Source: Antedon mediterranea (Eukaryota; Animalia; Echinodermata). Taken from it: a stretch of DNA of 64,000 nt. The notes under the pieces are model-generated. The model was not told the DNA's origin and did no database searches. It saw only the letters and a list, made by a program, of their open reading frames with translations. Shown here one piece after another: positions 38,367 through 51,849 of this stretch. The translations under genes and the position numbers were made by a program. The first letter of the stretch is position 1, and each line of letters starts with the position of its first letter. The DNA is taken from NCBI RefSeq assembly GCF_964355755.1, contig NC_092671.1, positions 25,308,070-25,372,069 on the forward strand. The letters run 5' to 3'.

Positions 38367-41089
38367 AGGAAACATGAAAAACAGGAAAGTCTTTTTTTGT
38401 TATGCATGATAAACAAAACATTTAGCATGACCTATACCAACAAGTAATTCAGGGGAAAAACAACACAAATTCAGCATATTATACAAGTTTTATTGAGTTG
38501 AATTCTGTGTTATAATAATACTACAATATTTTTGTTACAGTATTTTTGTTTGTATGGTATTCTGGGCATGCTGAAAATAATTTCAGACTTGCTAAAACAA
38601 TAATAATGCAAATGCTTCTCATAGTAAACAGGATGATATAATTTCTATTTAAATAGATGTTTGTGTAGAAAACAGAAACTATTTAACTAGACTAGTAAAT
38701 GAGGTTAGAAAATAAAGTCCTGTCTGTAGGAAAGGTTTATATTTATAGATTTGTAACATTTCAACGGAATCGATTTAAAATCTATTAATTCACAACATCC
38801 TGATTCTAGAGAACCCATTACAGAATCTTGTAATTAATAAATATCCAGAAGGGAAACTGTTTATCTTAAAATTAAAGTAGTATATTGCTATTATTAGGTT
38901 TTCTTAACTAAATTTAAACAATTTAATTCCCTTAAGATTCATAAGAGGATATGTGTTTCGCTTTTAAATTCACAAATACTGCTAAATAAGTTTTAAATAG
39001 TTTGTTTTCATTCATAATTCCCTGCAAGAAAAATAAACAGCGGAAAACATAATCATAATTAAATGAAAGAAAGTCATAAGTAATTAATAATTTCTTTTTT
39101 TAATATTTATGAATATAAATATTTTCAGTTAGGTTAATATTTACTGGTATGTGTTTTATATGTACACAGTACAGTCATTTACACACACAAACAATAATTA
39201 TAGACATAAATATTTACAATTAAATTTGATATTAATTCATTTAAATAGAAATAAAATAGAAATTAAGATACAGTATTTTAATATAAAAACAAAAAACTAT
39301 TTAGGTAATGAAGCCATGGTTCATGTGAAAATCTATTCAACATCGTAACAATCTCATCTTTCATCCTTGTTTTTTTTGTTCGAAATAAACTGAGACCTAA
39401 AAAATGAAACTGGCGATATATTTAATTGTTTATGTTGATATACTGTATTTAAATCACAAACCATGGCTGCTAAAAATGTAGGCCTGGCTATACAGAGCAT
39501 AACTGGTTAGGCTATACTTGTGACCTTAATCTTAAGTTGCACACAAGACTATTGAATCTGAAGATAAAATAAGAAAATAAAGCACCAACATTTTGAGAGG
39601 TGCTGAAGAGAACCAAACAATGCATTTCCACTGGCCTAAACATAATTGTAATATGTATTAAACTAATAATTATTAGTATATGTTTTACCATATTACTGTG
39701 TCAGATAAACATAAAAGTGTTTTATGTTTTACACACAATTACAACAAGATAAAAATTAATTGACAACATAGGTAGAATAACAGTTTTTACTCTCTATAAA
39801 TGATTCAGATTTGTAAGAAAAGGAAATATGTTTTCTAGGATATTTATTTTTAGGGAAGGAAACACCTCCCCGTTTAGTTTATGGAACCCAGCCCTACTAA
39901 TGGCGGTATCCATGCATTTTGAAGGTTAAATTAAAGAAATTAAGCAATATTAATAATGCCTGAATAATAAAGGAGGAAAATAAAAGTGTAAAAAAAAAAT
40001 GATATTTTCTTTCTCCACAAAATGTAAATTTATTAATTCAATGCAGGACATGTACAGTATGACGCAGATCAATTCATCAACAAATTCTGACTATATGTAC
40101 ACTGTAAGTAATCACTTTGGTAAATATTCTACAAAATTGTTTTTGTGCACAGGCATTTATAGCACTGCTCATCTAAACACGATTTAATATTAATATTGAG
40201 GATATAGCCAATTTTCAGACTTTGTTGTGTTTAGATTGCCACCCGGAAATGAGATAGTAAAACAATGAAAAAATGTATTGATTAATTGCTACAGACTATT
40301 TTGTTATCATCAAGGGTATCCTGGTTATTGGGTATAATAAACCTTCACTTGATTTCTATGAAGGGTACTAAACAGGTTCCTGAGTTTTAAGTACATTTTC
40401 TTTCTCAACTTTTACCTTTTCAAATTATATTATGTAAACGTTGTCTACTTAGGTATATTAAAGTGGTACTTCAAATAAGAGGAAATTCATTGTTTTTCTA
40501 TATAGACAGTATTGATGGGCTCTTTATCTTTTGATTCTTCAACTTGTACATCCTCCATATTGTAGGGCTCATTTAATGTTCCTAACAGCTTATAAGGTGT
40601 AAACACTTTCCATAAAAAAATACCTACACATTTCTTTTAATTTTATAAAAATGAAATGTAAATTTTAACAAAGTTGTAACTCTTAATACGAAATTAGGCA
40701 CCCCAGCATCATATTCACTTTACATCTTCCTGATTTTAAATTACATTTTATACACAGTCTTATGTTCATTTAAAATTATTTTACCTCACTCATACATTTA
40801 AGTACAAATACAATACAGCATTAATGTGATATCATAATAAAAAATAATGCAAAATAAATGGTAATTTATCATTTTTAATAAAATAGTGTCAAATTTGAGT
40901 GTCCAATTGTCACACAAAGTTTGCAGGCACACAATCTAGACTACAAATCAGATTTGGCTATAAACAACACAAAAAGTGAAAAGCACAGGCCTAAATATAA
41001 TAGGCCCATCTAAATGGTTACTGTATTCCAAGAATCATACAGTTTCTGTATGACTAGATGTATATTTATTTAAAATTACAATTTTGCCG

Positions 41090-41480
41090 TAGGCCGAAGG
41101 ATGCTCTTACGCAATAACGCAGTGTTCATGCTAACAGGCACTTTCGCGCGCACGTCATCCGTGGCAAATTTGGGTACTTAGAATAGAGCGCGCTGTACTT
41201 AAATTTTTGAATATAATTTATCAAATCTTACCAATTATGAAAAAATGAGTTTCTGAGCTGATAATTGCGGAAGCTTGAATCTGCAAAGGTTGCTTCTTCG
41301 TCTAGATCTAAATGAATTGTGAATGAGAGAGATGTCCAAAAGTATCATACGCATGTGCGCTCGCTAGTTCTTCCCCCTCAGTTCAGACAAAATTAGGTCG
41401 TCAGGCCGCTATTTTTCTGTTGTAGCCTGACAGGCGTTTAACTAGTGACGTTGCTTGCTGGCTCGTGCTTTTGGTCCATA
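41090..41480 (-). promoter_or_regulatory. Candidate promoter and non-coding first exon of the nuclear receptor
   Basis: Local CpG-rich patch with no obvious TIRs; TTACGCAA, CACGTCA, CGCATGTGCGC; degenerate DR2 AAATT-AGGTCG-TC-AGGCCG (41390-41408); minus-strand donor TTG|gtaaga at 41232/41231. No transcript evidence. Confidence 0.35.
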
Positions 41481-42598
41481 CCTATTGTATATTTAGGGTG
41501 CGATATTATTGTTGTATAATGCTTACCAATATTTCTAAATACGCAATACATTCTTTTATTCTTCAAACAGATAAAATAAATTTATATTTGCTACTTTACC
41601 TGACTCTAACCTAACGTGATTTGTTTTAGTTACATCTATTTACATTAATATTAATCGGGATCCTGTCATTACAATGGACTAATCGTTTATTATGCTAATA
41701 GTGTTGTTAAGTCTGGTTTCAGCCTTTTGAATATACCGGATGTCGAGGTAGCCTAATTTCTAGTGACCCAGAATTATCGATTCTCCGAATTAACAGTTTT
41801 TAAACAATGTTTTTCAATGTTATTTTATTATGAAGATATTTTCTTTTTGCTTGATGATGCACATTCATTTTAATGAAATTAAAATCAGTTTTACCTTTCT
41901 TTGCCTGCAGCCAGAGGAATTTTATCAATAAAATTTATTGCTAATTAGGTCTATTCAATTTGTAATTGGATTTCCGTAAATAAAACTTGGAGCGTTGTAT
42001 ATTTATAATTTAATGAGAAATTTAAATTGTTGTTTTAACTTTATCCAATCCAATTTATCATTCGACGTGGTTCACCCCCCCCCCCCCCTACCCCCAACAT
42101 GATTGGTTCAGGAATCGAATCACGGACAAACGATTTATATATTACATCAGTTTGTAACAACAATCAGATTTTACAATACTGCTTTTTAATCTTATGGGGT
42201 GGGGATGTGGGGTCACCATGTCGGATCCAGGCCCGATAGCTGGAGGCGCGCGCTCACTTTTTGGAAGTTAAAAATGCGACATTAAAAATGAAAGCGGACA
42301 AGAAGAAGGTCAAGTGGTATATACAATTGCACCTTATTAGGATTTCAATCTTCCTCCTTAATTAATCAAAACGGAGTTTTTTTTTTGGTAGATCATAAAT
42401 TGTTATTCATGCGAATTATTAAAGACGGGAAGCAAACGCGACTCTACAATTCACTATGTCGATTGGTTGGTCGGTCGGTAAACACTAACTTAAATTTGAG
42501 CACGCGACTGCAGCTATGTATATGGCCTTGTTATCTGTTATGAATTATTTTTTATTTCTGCCCTAGACGTCGGGGAATAAAACAAGAAGTATTTCTTA

Positions 42599-43482
42599 AG
42601 CTCAGTTCCCACCATCGGGTTTGTTCTTCCGTCTTCCAAAGGGACTTGTTGCTCCGTGGGATTTTCGCCGCTGTATCCATGGTTTCACCCACACACTGCG
42701 TTTCTTTTGCAATCGTTTTTTTCTTCTGCTTGCGTTTATTTAGTTCTCTTACCATATACAAAATGATCAAAACTTTCGAAAGTAACAATAAATCCATTTC
42801 GATTTGTATTAAGAATATACAATATCACAATTGAATTCTAAATGAAAAATAGAATAGCAAAGCAGAGAGCAGAGAAAGTATTTACACAATGGTTGACAAG
42901 GTCAATCCTTGAATACCTACAATATACAAAGATTGTCCCTAAATTGCAAGCTTATGACATTCTATTCAAAAAGTAGGTCATTAGTGACCAAGTGAAGAGA
43001 TGACTGTGGGATTGCAAGCATACCATGATTTAATAAAGGAACTGGAAGTAGAAGACATAATAATATAATAATTTTATCTATAATTATATATAAATATATA
43101 ATATATTATGACTTTTAATAACACTTTATAATCTTTGTATTCCATTCAACTCCTAACTAAAGTTGTTTCAGGTATCTATAATCAAAAGATATATTGTGAA
43201 CTATATTATATCTCTCTGCTACAATATTCAGATGTTGATCCCTACCAAGCCAAATTCCTGCCCATCTGATTGGCTATTGGTGTAAAAAACTGGTGTCAGT
43301 TTCATTAATAATAGGACATGCACTAAAACTTATAAGTCACTATTTTCTCTCTTTTATACACAAGGGAGCAGTTAAAATAATAGATTTAACCCTAAAGGTG
43401 ACTGGAAACAGGCACTTTCCATCAATCAATACAGTGTCCCTTTGGAAGACGGAAGAAAAAAACTGATCGTGGGAACTGAGCT
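42599..43482. mobile_element. PIF/Harbinger deletion derivative with a transposase N-terminal remnant
   Basis: TTA|AGCTCAGTTCCCAC ... GTGGGAACTGAGCT|TTA with about 48-bp imperfect TIRs; minus-strand frame KKRSVWVKPWIQRRKSHGA (about 42650-42707) resembles the N-terminus of Harbinger transposases. Confidence 0.75.
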
Positions 43483-44277
43483 TTACAGTGTTAACTATTG
43501 TTCTTTCATCATTAAATGATGTTTTTTTAAATTGATATTCTATTTAATAATTTAAGAAATAATGATTTATTATCAATTTCAATTTCTAATTTCCCAGAAC
43601 CTTCGTAAAGCCACTACACCGTATTCACCAATCAAACAATACTTTAGGCCTATCTACACACACTACACTTGACACACCATTCGCCAAAACTATTTACAGT
43701 ACCACAGAAGTAGGATTTGACCATTTAATTCAATGATAATGCCTACGATGACAGAACGAAAACATTGCTTATTGGCTGTTTATACATCTCATAGACTCTC
43801 CTCTTCCAGACGTGCTTTGAGATTTGAGCATTCCCAGTCCGAGTTTCCAAATAATGTACCCATTTCCAACCATAGTAAACAATAGGCGTAGATCGCACAT
43901 GGTAACTGTTCCCTAATGAGTACGGTAATGATTCCGTTCTCTTGAATATAAGAACTGAAAAATGTGTATTTATTTATTTAGATTTAGGCTTTAAATCGGT
44001 GGCACATTTATAAAACAAAAGTGCACAATATAAAATATAACATATAAAATACAAAAGAAAAAAAAGAAAAAGGTAATAATTAAAGCTAGACATTTTTCTC
44101 AATACAGCAGGCGATAGCCATTATGAGATAGAGAAGAACAGGAGGCCAAAACCAGATTTTAATTCTCGTCATTTTGACTATAGGTGACCTTTTTGATGAA
44201 AAATAGAATGGAGTTACGTCTACAATAAGAGGCACCCGCGCAAACGCAACAAATTCTAAAGGAAAAGTACTATATTA

Positions 44278-47200
44278 CAGTGGTGGCGCCAGGGGGGGGG
44301 GGGGGGGCTACGGAGGCTGTAGCCCCCTCGTCGGGGAGCCTATCCCCCACGTAGGGAACGCGAGTATAATAGGAAGGAATATAATATAAAGTACGCCACG
44401 ATTTTTTTTTTCGTACATAACGAAACTATTAATACAAGGGTATTTAACTGAATTCGTTTTTCGCCAAGACTATCACGACGAAGTATCGCTGCCATTTCCT
44501 TGGATCGACTATGGAATCTCTAACAGTGGTGGCGCCAGCGGGGGGGGGGGGGCTACGGGGAGGGGATACGGGGAGCCTAGCCCCCACGTCGGGGAACGCG
44601 ATTACTTTTCGTCGGGGAATATAATATAAAGTAAAAATCATTCGGGTTCACTTCGTAGCTTCAGCGACTAGAAAACCGCGAAGTTCCATTTTTGTTAAGT
44701 ACGTCGGAGGGCTATTACACTTTATTATGCATGCATTATTGCCAGCGATCTAATAAACAATAGGTATGCACTTGTCTGGCGGTGTCCCTTTGTACGAATC
44801 GTTTAACATTGGGCCCGGCCCATTGCGGTTTACGCGTGATATCATGTTCCACCCAGTAGAATTGCAACAGTTTGTTTTTTTGCTGAAACATATGTAGATA
44901 TTTTCATATCCAAAATCTACCCTGATCTGCCCATTATAAATTACCTAATTTGCATAAAATCAAAATGGCTGCCATTTTACAACTTTGATCCCAATTATCT
45001 CTTAAACCATAAAGAATTTGGTATAAGAATGTATTGAACACAAATATAAACATGACCCCAAAGATTTGTCTTTGGGGTCAAGGTCAAAGGTCATTCCAGT
45101 TTGACATCTAAATTATGCTAATTATCTCTTAAGCCATTAAGTATTTTGAATAAGAATGTATAAGTACAAATATAAACATGACCCTTAAGATTCAGAATAG
45201 CACATTTGATTTTTCATCTTACCCTGGGGTCACTGGGTCAAAGGTCACAATATAAAAAATTCAAATTATCCTTTAAATCAATTTGCATAGTAGTCTTACT
45301 ACTACTAAAAACACAGCATATACAGTACAGACATTGCAGCAGATTGATGTATGCACACTGCGCCCACACCCCTCCCACCCAGAGATTACTAGGTCAATGA
45401 TTTTACCTTAAACATTTTGAAAAAATTGTTTATTTATAAATATTATAACTGCAAAATTGACATGGGATCTGTAGGTAATTTACTTTATACCATACAGTAT
45501 AGCTTATTTTGACATTTACTTTTTACATTTAGGCATACCTACTTTAGTAGGCCTACGAGCTTATAACCATACATTTCTGAAACATTGGTCACAAAAATGT
45601 CAAAATAATTTTTGGGTCGGACTCGATCGTCAATGGAGTTACTTTTTAAGATGTTTTTGCCATACTCTGGACAATTCTCGCTTCACTGAGAATTCAGTAA
45701 AATTACGTCAGAGTAGACCAAGAAACTTAGCTTTCTGATAATTAGTAATTTAAATTATCATCTATAATTTTTTTTTAAATCAAATTATCTACAACAACTA
45801 AACTAAGCAACAACAGTTGCAAAGAACTAGTTTTGTTAAAGTATATACTTTAGTAAGTATCACAATGAAATTACTGTCTTACTGTAATCATTCTCGATTG
45901 AAGCATCATTTTGCTAATAAAAGTATTAATAAATACTGTTACTTAATCCTAATATATACTGATACTTTAAAATGTTTGTGATAAATTTTAACATACACTA
46001 AGGGTATTTAAATATGAATACAAACTACACTTGTTTTTAATGGCTGGATTTTAAAAAATGTTCATTCATCTCAAACTTAAAAATTTAGGGTGTTACGAAA
46101 GATTCTATTTTTTTTAATGCAACTCTATATTTTCTGTATTTGTGTCATTTGAGAGCAGAGGACTCGTTCTTATACTAAAGTAAACTATAGACACTTGTTC
46201 TAAATATTTTTAGTTCACATAGTCTCTGTATTCTTAATACACAGAATATGTCATCTTTCACTACTGCACCCACTTTGGTTAGTACAACTTAACTTTTCCC
46301 AATGTTAGGGTCAGGTTTTACTGTTTAAAAAGTGGTCGGTTACTGTTTGAACCACATGACCTCAATTTTCACAGTTACAAATTTTGTAAGGGTAAAAGTG
46401 TTTCCACACTTTCCCATAATTTAAACACTTCACACAACCAGCCAGGATTGACAGTTTTTGTGCGACATATTTTAGCATAGTGTACTATAATCTAAAAAAA
46501 AAAACCCAAATATAATAAATGTAATTCCTTACAATTAAAACACCTTTCCTAATAGTCTGATCACTGAAGTTAACTCAAATGAGCTTTTCAAAATAGATAT
46601 GATTTGTTCATAGGTACATCATCCAAATTGAAATGAATTCACTTCATAATTAGAGTATTTTATATTGTAAGATAATGACATTTTATCTTGACCCAATACA
46701 AATCAAATGCAAATCATAAGAACATATTACTGTATATTTCTATTAAATACATTCTTGTTCAATATACCTGATGTTTTGAGAGATAATTAGTATATTTTAT
46801 ATGGCATAATTAGATGACATTTGACCCTATACAACTCAATTGCATCTTTCTGAATATTTAGGGTTATATTTATATTAAATACATTCTTGTTAAAAATACC
46901 TGATGTTTTGAGAGATAATTAGCATATTTTATATGGCATAATTAGATGACATTTGACTTTGACCCCATATACAACTCAATTGCATCATTCTGAATATTTA
47001 GGGTCATATATTAAATACATTCTTGTTAAAAATACCTGATGTTTTGAGAGTTATTTTCAAATTTTATATAGTGTAATTAGATGACCTTTTGAACCTTGAA
47101 CCCTAATACAACTCAATTACTGTACATTATTCTAAACCGTTAGCGTCATGTTTAGGCCTATATTTGTACTTATAGTTATACATTCTTATTCAAAATACCT

Positions 47201-49374
47201 AATGGATTAAGAGATAATTAGCATATTTTAGAGGCCATACTGGAATGACCTTTAACCTTGACCCCAAAGACAAATCAAATACATTATTTTAAATCTTTAG
47301 GGTCACATTTATATTTGTACTTATACATTCTTATTCAAAATACCTAAGAGATTAAGAGATAATTAGCATATTTTAGATGTCAAACTGAAATGACCTTTGA
47401 CCTTGACCCCAAAGACAAATCAAATATATTATTCTGAATCTTTGGGGTCATGTTTATATTTGTGTTCAATACATTCTTATACCAAATTCTTTATGGTTTA
47501 AGAGATAATTGGGATCAAAGTTGTAAAATGGCAGCCATTTTGATTTTATGCAAATTAGGTAATTTATAATGGGCAGATCAGGGTAGATTTTGGATATGAT
47601 AATATCTACATATAGTTGAGCATGTTTCAGCAAAAAAACAAACTGTTGCAATTTGTTTGACTGAAAAGTCTATTTCCACTCATCTACAGGGACCAGAATG
47701 TGTACTGTAGTTACTTTCCAGGAGAAGTTTACTGACGCGTTATATATACGTATATTACATACGAAGTAGTTATTTCAATACTAATACTGATGATGCAGTG
47801 ATGTATGATACGTCGTGTAGGGCCTACTGTGTATCGACAGCAAAAGTGTACGAATTATCTTCGCGATCTATTTTATTGTTCGTATGTTCAATTTTTTAAT
47901 TTACGATTATCGTGGGGTAGGTACCTGAACCTGAAATAGACGTTTTTCACTGTAGGCTCGGCCTACATTACTAAACAAAAAACATGCCATTTTCGTTTAG
48001 CCAACATCTTATTATAGCTAAGTTATTACATTTCCAATGTCCTGTATGTCATGAACTGCTCGTACATCGAAATTCCAGATTCACATCTGGGAAATAAACT
48101 GGTTTCCCCGACGGAAAATGGTCTACGCTTGTGGACGCATTCCCCTCCAAATAAAAGGTAAAAAGGGTAACTTGTTTAGGCCTGTCTGAATTTTTTTAAA
48201 GTATAGGTGTAATTTTTGAAGACCTGCATCTCTAGTTTTCAAAATTGTTTTAGCTCAACCGTCCCCAATTATAGAGCTGGTCATGTATACTTACCGTACA
48301 TTTTGTTTCATATTTCGATGTACAATATACAGTCAGTGCATTGAACCTTGAGCTCTATTTTTTCAATTTTTTTTTTATATCCAAGGTAGGGCTGGTTCTG
48401 GAGACTTACCGGTATCTTGTTTTATGCTTCGAAGTATAATAAATTAAATTTTCAGAATGTTCTTAGCTCCACCCCAACCATGGTGGGCTGGACCTATAAT
48501 TTCGTTTCATATTTCAATGTTTTGCAGGGACCTAGCAGCTCTATTTTTGACAATTTTCTTAGCTCTGGTTCTGTAGACTTATAATTTCGTTTCATTTATC
48601 AATATGGGCCTATATATAAGTGCAATTTCCAGGTACCTAGCAGGTCTATTTTTCACAATTTTCTTAGCAGCTCAACCCTAATTGTAGGGCTGGTCCTGGA
48701 GCCTTATATATTTTGTTTCTTTTTTTCGAAATACTATAATCCAATATCCGGGGACCTAACAACTCTAGTTGTTTAAATGTCCTTAGCTCCATCTCTCAAC
48801 CTCGGTGGGCTTGTTCTCTGATAGACTTGTAATTTCGTTTGATATATCAATGTATAATTTCAATTTCCGGGGACCTAGCAGCTCTATTTTACAACATTTT
48901 CTTACAGATCAGGCCATGGATATCTCGCGCATTTACAATTTTCGCACCCCCAGACAGCAACCTGCCTACGTCTCTGCGATTATAACGATATACCTCTTGG
49001 CCCGTGGGTAGGTTTTACGTTCGCGTATATTTTCTATGATAGGCATAGGCCTATTGAACTTTAAAAACTTCATTTTTAAATTTGAAAGAATGGATTTACA
49101 CAGTCATCGTACCGGACCTCTTGCAATGTGTTTTTCACACAGTATTTTATTTATGCACCATACAAAATTGAAAAAATTGGCTACCCTAAATCTGATTAAA
49201 ACGGCCTCAAATTACGCTATAACGTGTTGCTTCCGGGGGCTCCCCCCCCCTTGGACCCCCAGGCGGCCCCCCTGTCCCCCAGCCAAGTGATGCTCGCTTC
49301 ACTCGCATAGCCCCCCCCCCCCCCCCGTCGGGGAATTTAGCCCCCGCGTCGGAAAGATCCTGGCGCCACCCCTG
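44278..49374. mobile_element. 5.1-kb non-autonomous hAT element with nested insertions
   Basis: 8-bp TSD CTATATTA (44270-44277, 49375-49382); TIRs CAGTGGTGGCGCCAGG / CCTGGCGCCACCCCTG; left end duplicated at 44524; internal degenerate tandem units at about 48180-48905. Confidence 0.88.
44860..47653. mobile_element. Foldback element nested in the hAT
   Basis: At least 200 bp of near-perfect inverted arms (44860-45064 vs about 47439-47653) plus about six ~130-bp subterminal units at 46660-47460 containing TGACCTTTGACCTTGACCCC variants. Confidence 0.82.
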
Positions 49375-49394
49375 CTATATTATAGATATAGCCT

Positions 49395-49490
49395 AGCCTT
49401 CAAAATGGAGATGCGCGAGAAGTCGTCCTCGCGTGGGGTGGGGTGGGCTTTCTATACACCCTCCTCGCGTGTCGTCGTAGATGTGTGTAC
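49395..49490 (+). promoter_or_regulatory. Candidate promoter of the zinc-finger gene
   Basis: CpG-rich patch right after the hAT TSD: YY1-like CAAAATGGAG (49401), GCGCGAGA, two CCTCGCGTG, GGGGTGGGGTGGG; possible donor A|gtaaga at 49650. Confidence 0.4.
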
Positions 49491-49796
49491 ACTGTATACT
49501 AATTACTATAAATTATTCAATTTAAGCATACATCGGAGTTATACAGTAGAATCATAGTTCAAAAATATTTTTGTCGAAATTTGACAATTTACGATACAGT
49601 ACTTGAAATAATAATCAAGATTTAACAAAACTGCAGTTAAAATCTATTAGTAAGAGTAGCTTGCGTATTATTTCACGTACTGTACTAGACTTTCCCCAAG
49701 CCTGTATTCATTGTTTTTTAAAAAATGTAGGCCTATTTGTTTTTATTTCGATGTTTGTCTGAAAATACAAACTCAAGTAATACACGTATAAAAAGC

Positions 49797-50843
49797 TACG
49801 GAAGCCCGTTCGGGCCACAAGTTAACTATATTTAAAAAGCTGTATTATCTGGCGGCCGCCACTTAATTATCTGGCTGCCGTCACTTAATTATCATCTGGC
49901 GGCCGCCACTTAATAATTAGTACATGTCCCGTCACGTGACATGTACGTGCATTGGATCAGAGGCGATGTTGCATATGGAACGCAATCGCTGCCTCCGGCA
50001 GCAAACTTTAATTCTATTCGGCTCTTTTACAACCATTACGTTCGGCTCTTTTAGCATTCGGCGCATTTCTATTCGGCCCATTTACCATATTTACGATTAA
50101 AGATGTGTTGAATACCCTAAATTAATTCATCTTTTTACAAATTTTGAGAGAGAAAGGGTAAATTATTATTGCTAAAAGTTAGGCTGACACTAGACTAGGT
50201 CTAGCTAGCCTAGGCCATAAATCAAACCTTTTCTCTTTCAAAATAGCCAATAAGGTGGGACAAGTTCTCTATAACACATTAATCATGTCAATAAAATGAT
50301 TAGTCATATTGAAATAGCCTTCAAATTTATTTAATTCAACCAACCAAACACTCTACATGCTGCATCTATATGTTTTGTAAACTTTTCATAGACTCATTTC
50401 CAGCCGTTGATTTTCTTCCATTTGACCCCATGTAAAAAAGGTTAGAATCTAATTGCGCCGTATAAAAAAAAAGAAGCGAACGTAATGGTAAATGGGCCGA
50501 ATAAAAAAGAGCCGAATGCTGAAAGAGCCGAACGTAATGGTAAATGGGCCGAATAGAAATGCGCCGAATGGTAAAAGAGCCGAATAGAATTAAAGTTTGC
50601 TGCCGGAGGCAGCGATGGCGTTCCATATGCAACATCGCCTCTGATCCAATGCACGTACATGTCACGTGACGGGACATGTACTAATTATTAAGTGGCGGCC
50701 GCCACTTAATTATCTGGCCGCCACCAGATAATTAAGTGGCGGCCGCCAGATAATTAAGTGGCGGCCGCCAGATAATTAAGTGGCGGCCGCCAGATAACAG
50801 CTTTTAAAATATAGTTATCTTGTGGCCCGAACGGGCTTCCGTA
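49797..50843. mobile_element. Non-autonomous IS3EU-type DNA transposon
   Basis: 6-bp TSD AAAAGC; TACGG...CCGTA termini; about 290-bp inverted arms with 21-bp ctggcggccgccacttaatta subrepeats and attcggc repeats. TAY..RTA ends with a 6-bp TSD match IS3EU. Confidence 0.82.
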
Positions 50844-51197
50844 AAAAGCCATATGTGCAAAAATATTTATATTTTTATTAATATTAAGACAAAACTCCGT
50901 CTGGAACCCAGACTAGTACTGTACGTGAAATAATACGCAAGCTACTCTTACTAATAGATTTTAACTGATAGATGGCGCTATTGAATATTTATCATCAATC
51001 ACAATCACAATTTATTGCATTGGCATTGCATTTTTAAAAATCGGAATAAAATCAAAGCTAAGTTCAAGAACGTTAAAAAGAAACGAAAACATAGAACATT
51101 AAAGGAAATAACTAATAATAAACTCAATAGGAATATTTTCGATTTGAGCATAATAGAAGTAGGCCTAACTTTAACTATGGGTTAGGGTTAGGGTTAA

Positions 51198-51849
51198 AGA
51201 TGTATTGTCCCTTTGTCAAATTCCAAAAAAAAAAAAAGATTTAAAAAAAAAATGGGTCATTTTAAAGTATCATAATAGTTATTAATTTTCACCAAAAATG
51301 ATTCGAAAAAAAATCATTTAACTGAAATACAGACGTTTTTTGTCAAATTCCAAAAAAAAAAAGGGGTCATTTTAAAGTATCATAATAGTTATTAATTTTC
51401 ACCAAAAATGAGTCGAAAAAAAATCATTTCACTGAAATACAGACGTTTTTTGGTTCAAAAAATAACTTTGACTTCCAGTCAAAGTTTTCTATCAAAACAT
51501 ATCTCATAATGCAACACTATTTGGCTACTCTCTGTATGCATAATCATAAAACTTCCTCGCGATCTCTGTGTGAAAACACCTTCTCATTTGTGACGAATTG
51601 TAAACAATCCTAATTAGCATCATGCATACTGTATACTCATGGTTTAAAATCGTTGTTTACTTTCGCTCGGGACGATTATCCAGACGAAATGTAATCAAAT
51701 TAATTTAGCTGTTAAAAACGTAAAATTGTTGTTTTTGGCTTGAATTTTCGACTTAAGGTGAATAACTTTAATATTACTTTGATATGGTCAATTTAAATTT
51801 AGAATATTTTGACCTTCATTTTTTTTGTGTTTCAAGGGACAATACATCT
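51198..51849. mobile_element. Non-autonomous Kolobok-type element
   Basis: TTAA|AGATGTATTGTCCCTT ... AAGGGACAATACATCT|TTAA; internal direct duplication of roughly 110-130 bp (about 51212-51340 vs 51340-51452). Confidence 0.82.

Larger units (their letters stand above)
25535..42980. promoter_or_regulatory. Dispersed RORE/Rev-erb monomer sites upstream of the receptor coding exons
   Basis: Exact WAWNTRGGTCA at 25535-25545(-), 25811-25821(-), 26958-26968(-), 30145-30155(+), 36021-36031(+), 42970-42980(+); one-mismatch sites at 30578, 36193, 41390. Confidence 0.55.

Noticed and set aside
50366-50677. ORFs of 72-103 aa inside the IS3EU arm, and most other 60-100 aa ORFs in the track
   Set aside because: They arise from repeats, antisense frames of real exons or AT-rich chance; no domains and no splice support.
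51178-51195. (TTAGGG)n telomeric sequence
   Set aside because: Fewer than three units beside a transposon end; too short to indicate a fusion or healing site.
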